From the NCBI GenBank assembly GCA_964396785.1, contig CAYNFU010000003.1:1-51070 (forward strand): a stretch of 51,070 nucleotides of DNA, written 5' to 3'. The notes under the pieces were generated by a model. The model was given only the letters and a program-made list of their open reading frames with translations. It was not told the DNA's origin and did no database searches. Made by a program: the position numbers and the translations under genes. Positions 49,665 to 51,070 of this stretch are shown here, one piece after another. Positions within the stretch are counted from its first letter, which is position 1; each line of letters opens with the position of its first letter. The DNA is from an uncultured Gammaproteobacteria bacterium. GTDB lineage: Bacteria; Patescibacteriota; Microgenomatia; UBA8517.

Positions 49665-51070
49665 ATATTCACAATTTTGGCAGAGCATGTTGCCCGAACA
49701 CGAAAAGTCCGACTCCTCAATTTGTTTCTTATAATCCTCGATAGTCTTTCTCGCCTCCTCGAGTTGCTCCTTAGTCCTTGTCGTAGAAACTATTTGGGGG
49801 GTGTCAAAATAATAAAGTGAGAGTTTAACTTTTTCGGGGGTCCTGGCAAAGGGAAATTCCGGAATAGAGGTGGCAGCAAGGGCATAGATTGAAAGCTGTA
49901 AATCCTTATCAGCATCATTCTGAAGAAGCGGGTTTGCCCCAGTTTTGTAGTCGATAATTTCAACGTTATCCCCACGTACGTCCACCCTGTCCATTTTTCC
50001 TCCCACTCTTAGTTCATTGAGTCTGACGACAAAAGGTTGCTCCATGGAAACCGGAATGTTTTTTGGGTCAAAAGTATTCTTTATATAGTGTTTTAGCAAT
50101 CGTTTGGCTTTTTCGAAAGATCCCGCCTCATGTTTTTTTCCCAAATATCCCTCACTAATCCAGTTTTCTCTAAGAGCCTTATACATCAAAGTCTCGGTTG
50201 GTTTTGCCCCCTTTGTAACCGCCTCGTAAAATCCTTTCATAGTCGCGTGGAAACTATTACCAAAACTTTGAGAAGAGTTTGGAGGTGTCGGAACTTTATA
50301 AATATATTTTAGTTTGTAGTGAAGAGGACAAATTCTAAAGGTTTCGATTTGGGAATATGATAAATAATCGACGTGGAGCTTTGGGGTTTCAAATTTTGTG
50401 TCCGGTATTTTGGCGGGTTTATAGTCCAGAAATGATAATTGTTGATGGTTAACTGCTAGCTCGGCGGGGAAAGCTCCTTCGCCCAGGGCCTCGAAAATAA
50501 ATGGCGAGAGTCGTTTTTCCCTTTTTCCTTCACCATAGTAATCTGCCGCTGAGAATATTAACAAATCTTTGGCCCTGGTCATGCCAACATAAAAAAGTCT
50601 CCTTTCCTCTTCCAGGTGATAATCCCCTACCGGAAGTACCTCTTTTATAAGTACGTCGGGAATCGGAATTTGCTCGCGTCTTTCAATAGTAGGAAATCTA
50701 GCGGCTACCAGGTTAACTAAAAATACGACGGGAAACTCAAGACCCTTAGCCGAATGCGCGGTGAGAATATTAATCGCATTAACCTCTACCCAATCAACGT
50801 CCGCCGCTAAAGGCGACTCCCCCAGCTCAGAAGATAATTCCAACCAGTCAACGATAGCGGGAACGGTTGCGTCCTCGTGGTCCACTTCGTAGGTTTTGAG
50901 TTTGTCGAAAAGCTTTGAAATATTTGCCGCCTTTTTTTCGGCCTCTGCACTCTCTGGTGAAAGCATTTTGGTTAAAAGTCCCGTGTCTGATAAAAAGTAA
51001 TAAAGAAGCTGCCCAGCCGTTTCGCGTCTAACAAGCTTTAAATGTTTCCCAATTATTTCTAAAATTTCTT
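49638..51070 (-). CDS. UvrD-type helicase fused to a C-terminal PD-(D/E)xK (Cas4/AddB-like) nuclease with a 4-Cys cluster; the N-terminus lies outside the window
   Basis: The frame is open to the window edge. Helicase motifs V-VI are present (LTAHSAKGLEFPVVFL, YVGMTRAK). The nuclease core reads GKMDRVD...EIIDYKTG. The cysteines are C (FRICPLHY) plus C-x2-C-x5-C (LCQNCEYSLFC). Confidence 0.85.
   Translation of the reverse strand, partial: EILEIIGKHLKLVRRETAGQLLYYFLSDTGLLTKMLSPESAEAEKKAANISKLFDKLKTYEVDHEDATVPAIVDWLELSSELGESPLAADVDWVEVNAINILTAHSAKGLEFPVVFLVNLVAARFPTIERREQIPIPDVLIKEVLPVGDYHLEEERRLFYVGMTRAKDLLIFSAADYYGEGKREKRLSPFIFEALGEGAFPAELAVNHQQLSFLDYKPAKIPDTKFETPKLHVDYLSYSQIETFRICPLHYKLKYIYKVPTPPNSSQSFGNSFHATMKGFYEAVTKGAKPTETLMYKALRENWISEGYLGKKHEAGSFEKAKRLLKHYIKNTFDPKNIPVSMEQPFVVRLNELRVGGKMDRVDVRGDNVEIIDYKTGANPLLQNDADKDLQLSIYALAATSIPEFPFARTPEKVKLSLYYFDTPQIVSTTRTKEQLEEARKTIEDYKKQIEESDFSCSGNMLCQNCEYSLFCRVGK

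Noticed and set aside
1-51070. Search for tRNA, rRNA, tmRNA, RNase P RNA, CRISPR arrays, transposases, integrases, reverse transcriptases (DGR/retron) and phage genes.
   Set aside because: No intergenic gap exceeds about 130 nt. No cloverleaf-capable segment, repeat-spacer periodicity or mobile-element enzyme motif was seen in any frame, so none is reported.

Overview
This window reads as a gene-dense (over 90% coding), roughly 40% GC, standard-code bacterial fragment. By inference it comes from a reduced-genome lineage such as Patescibacteria/CPR. No rRNA, tRNA, CRISPR array, transposase or integrase is visible, and every intergenic gap is under about 130 nt. The left 34 kb is almost entirely minus-strand housekeeping, listed here from high to low coordinate: hrcA-grpE-dnaK-dnaJ behind a CIRCE operator; nusA-infB-(DHH-like)-rpsO-pnp; a Lon AAA+-only protein; a family-4-like UDG; RNase J; ftsK; a rodZ-like gene; alaS; a 742-aa membrane protein plus a sortase; ruvX; mltG; an orphan 397-aa gene; rpoB-rpoC-rpsL-rpsG. 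The right 16 kb is an envelope and surface region. It holds murJ, rpsT, and a plus-strand operon starting with pilN/pilO-like genes that runs by start/stop overlaps into three membrane-anchored Pro/Thr-rich proteins. Two of those proteins end in an identical non-canonical LPDAG + hydrophobic sorting signal. Next come three large GT-C-type membrane proteins, an LCP-family ligase, a PcrA/UvrD helicase, two tandem FemAB-family transferases and a UvrD-type helicase fused to a Cas4/AddB-like Fe-S nuclease. The best candidate for an undescribed system is a two-locus surface-display module. One locus is the sortase next to a degenerate PilM/FtsA-like membrane fusion protein, inserted into the conserved alaS-ruvX-mltG block. 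The other is the pilN/pilO-led operon encoding the LPDAG substrates, GT-C glycosyltransferases and LCP. Secondary observations: several -10 boxes lie 6-8 nt from start codons, suggesting leaderless mRNAs. Terminator-like hairpins sit inside the rpoB and nusA leaders. S12 carries Arg at the classical streptomycin-resistance Lys. Many housekeeping proteins have lost domains (IF2, AlaRS, HrcA, DnaJ, Lon). All functional calls come from reading motifs in the supplied translations; no database search was possible.
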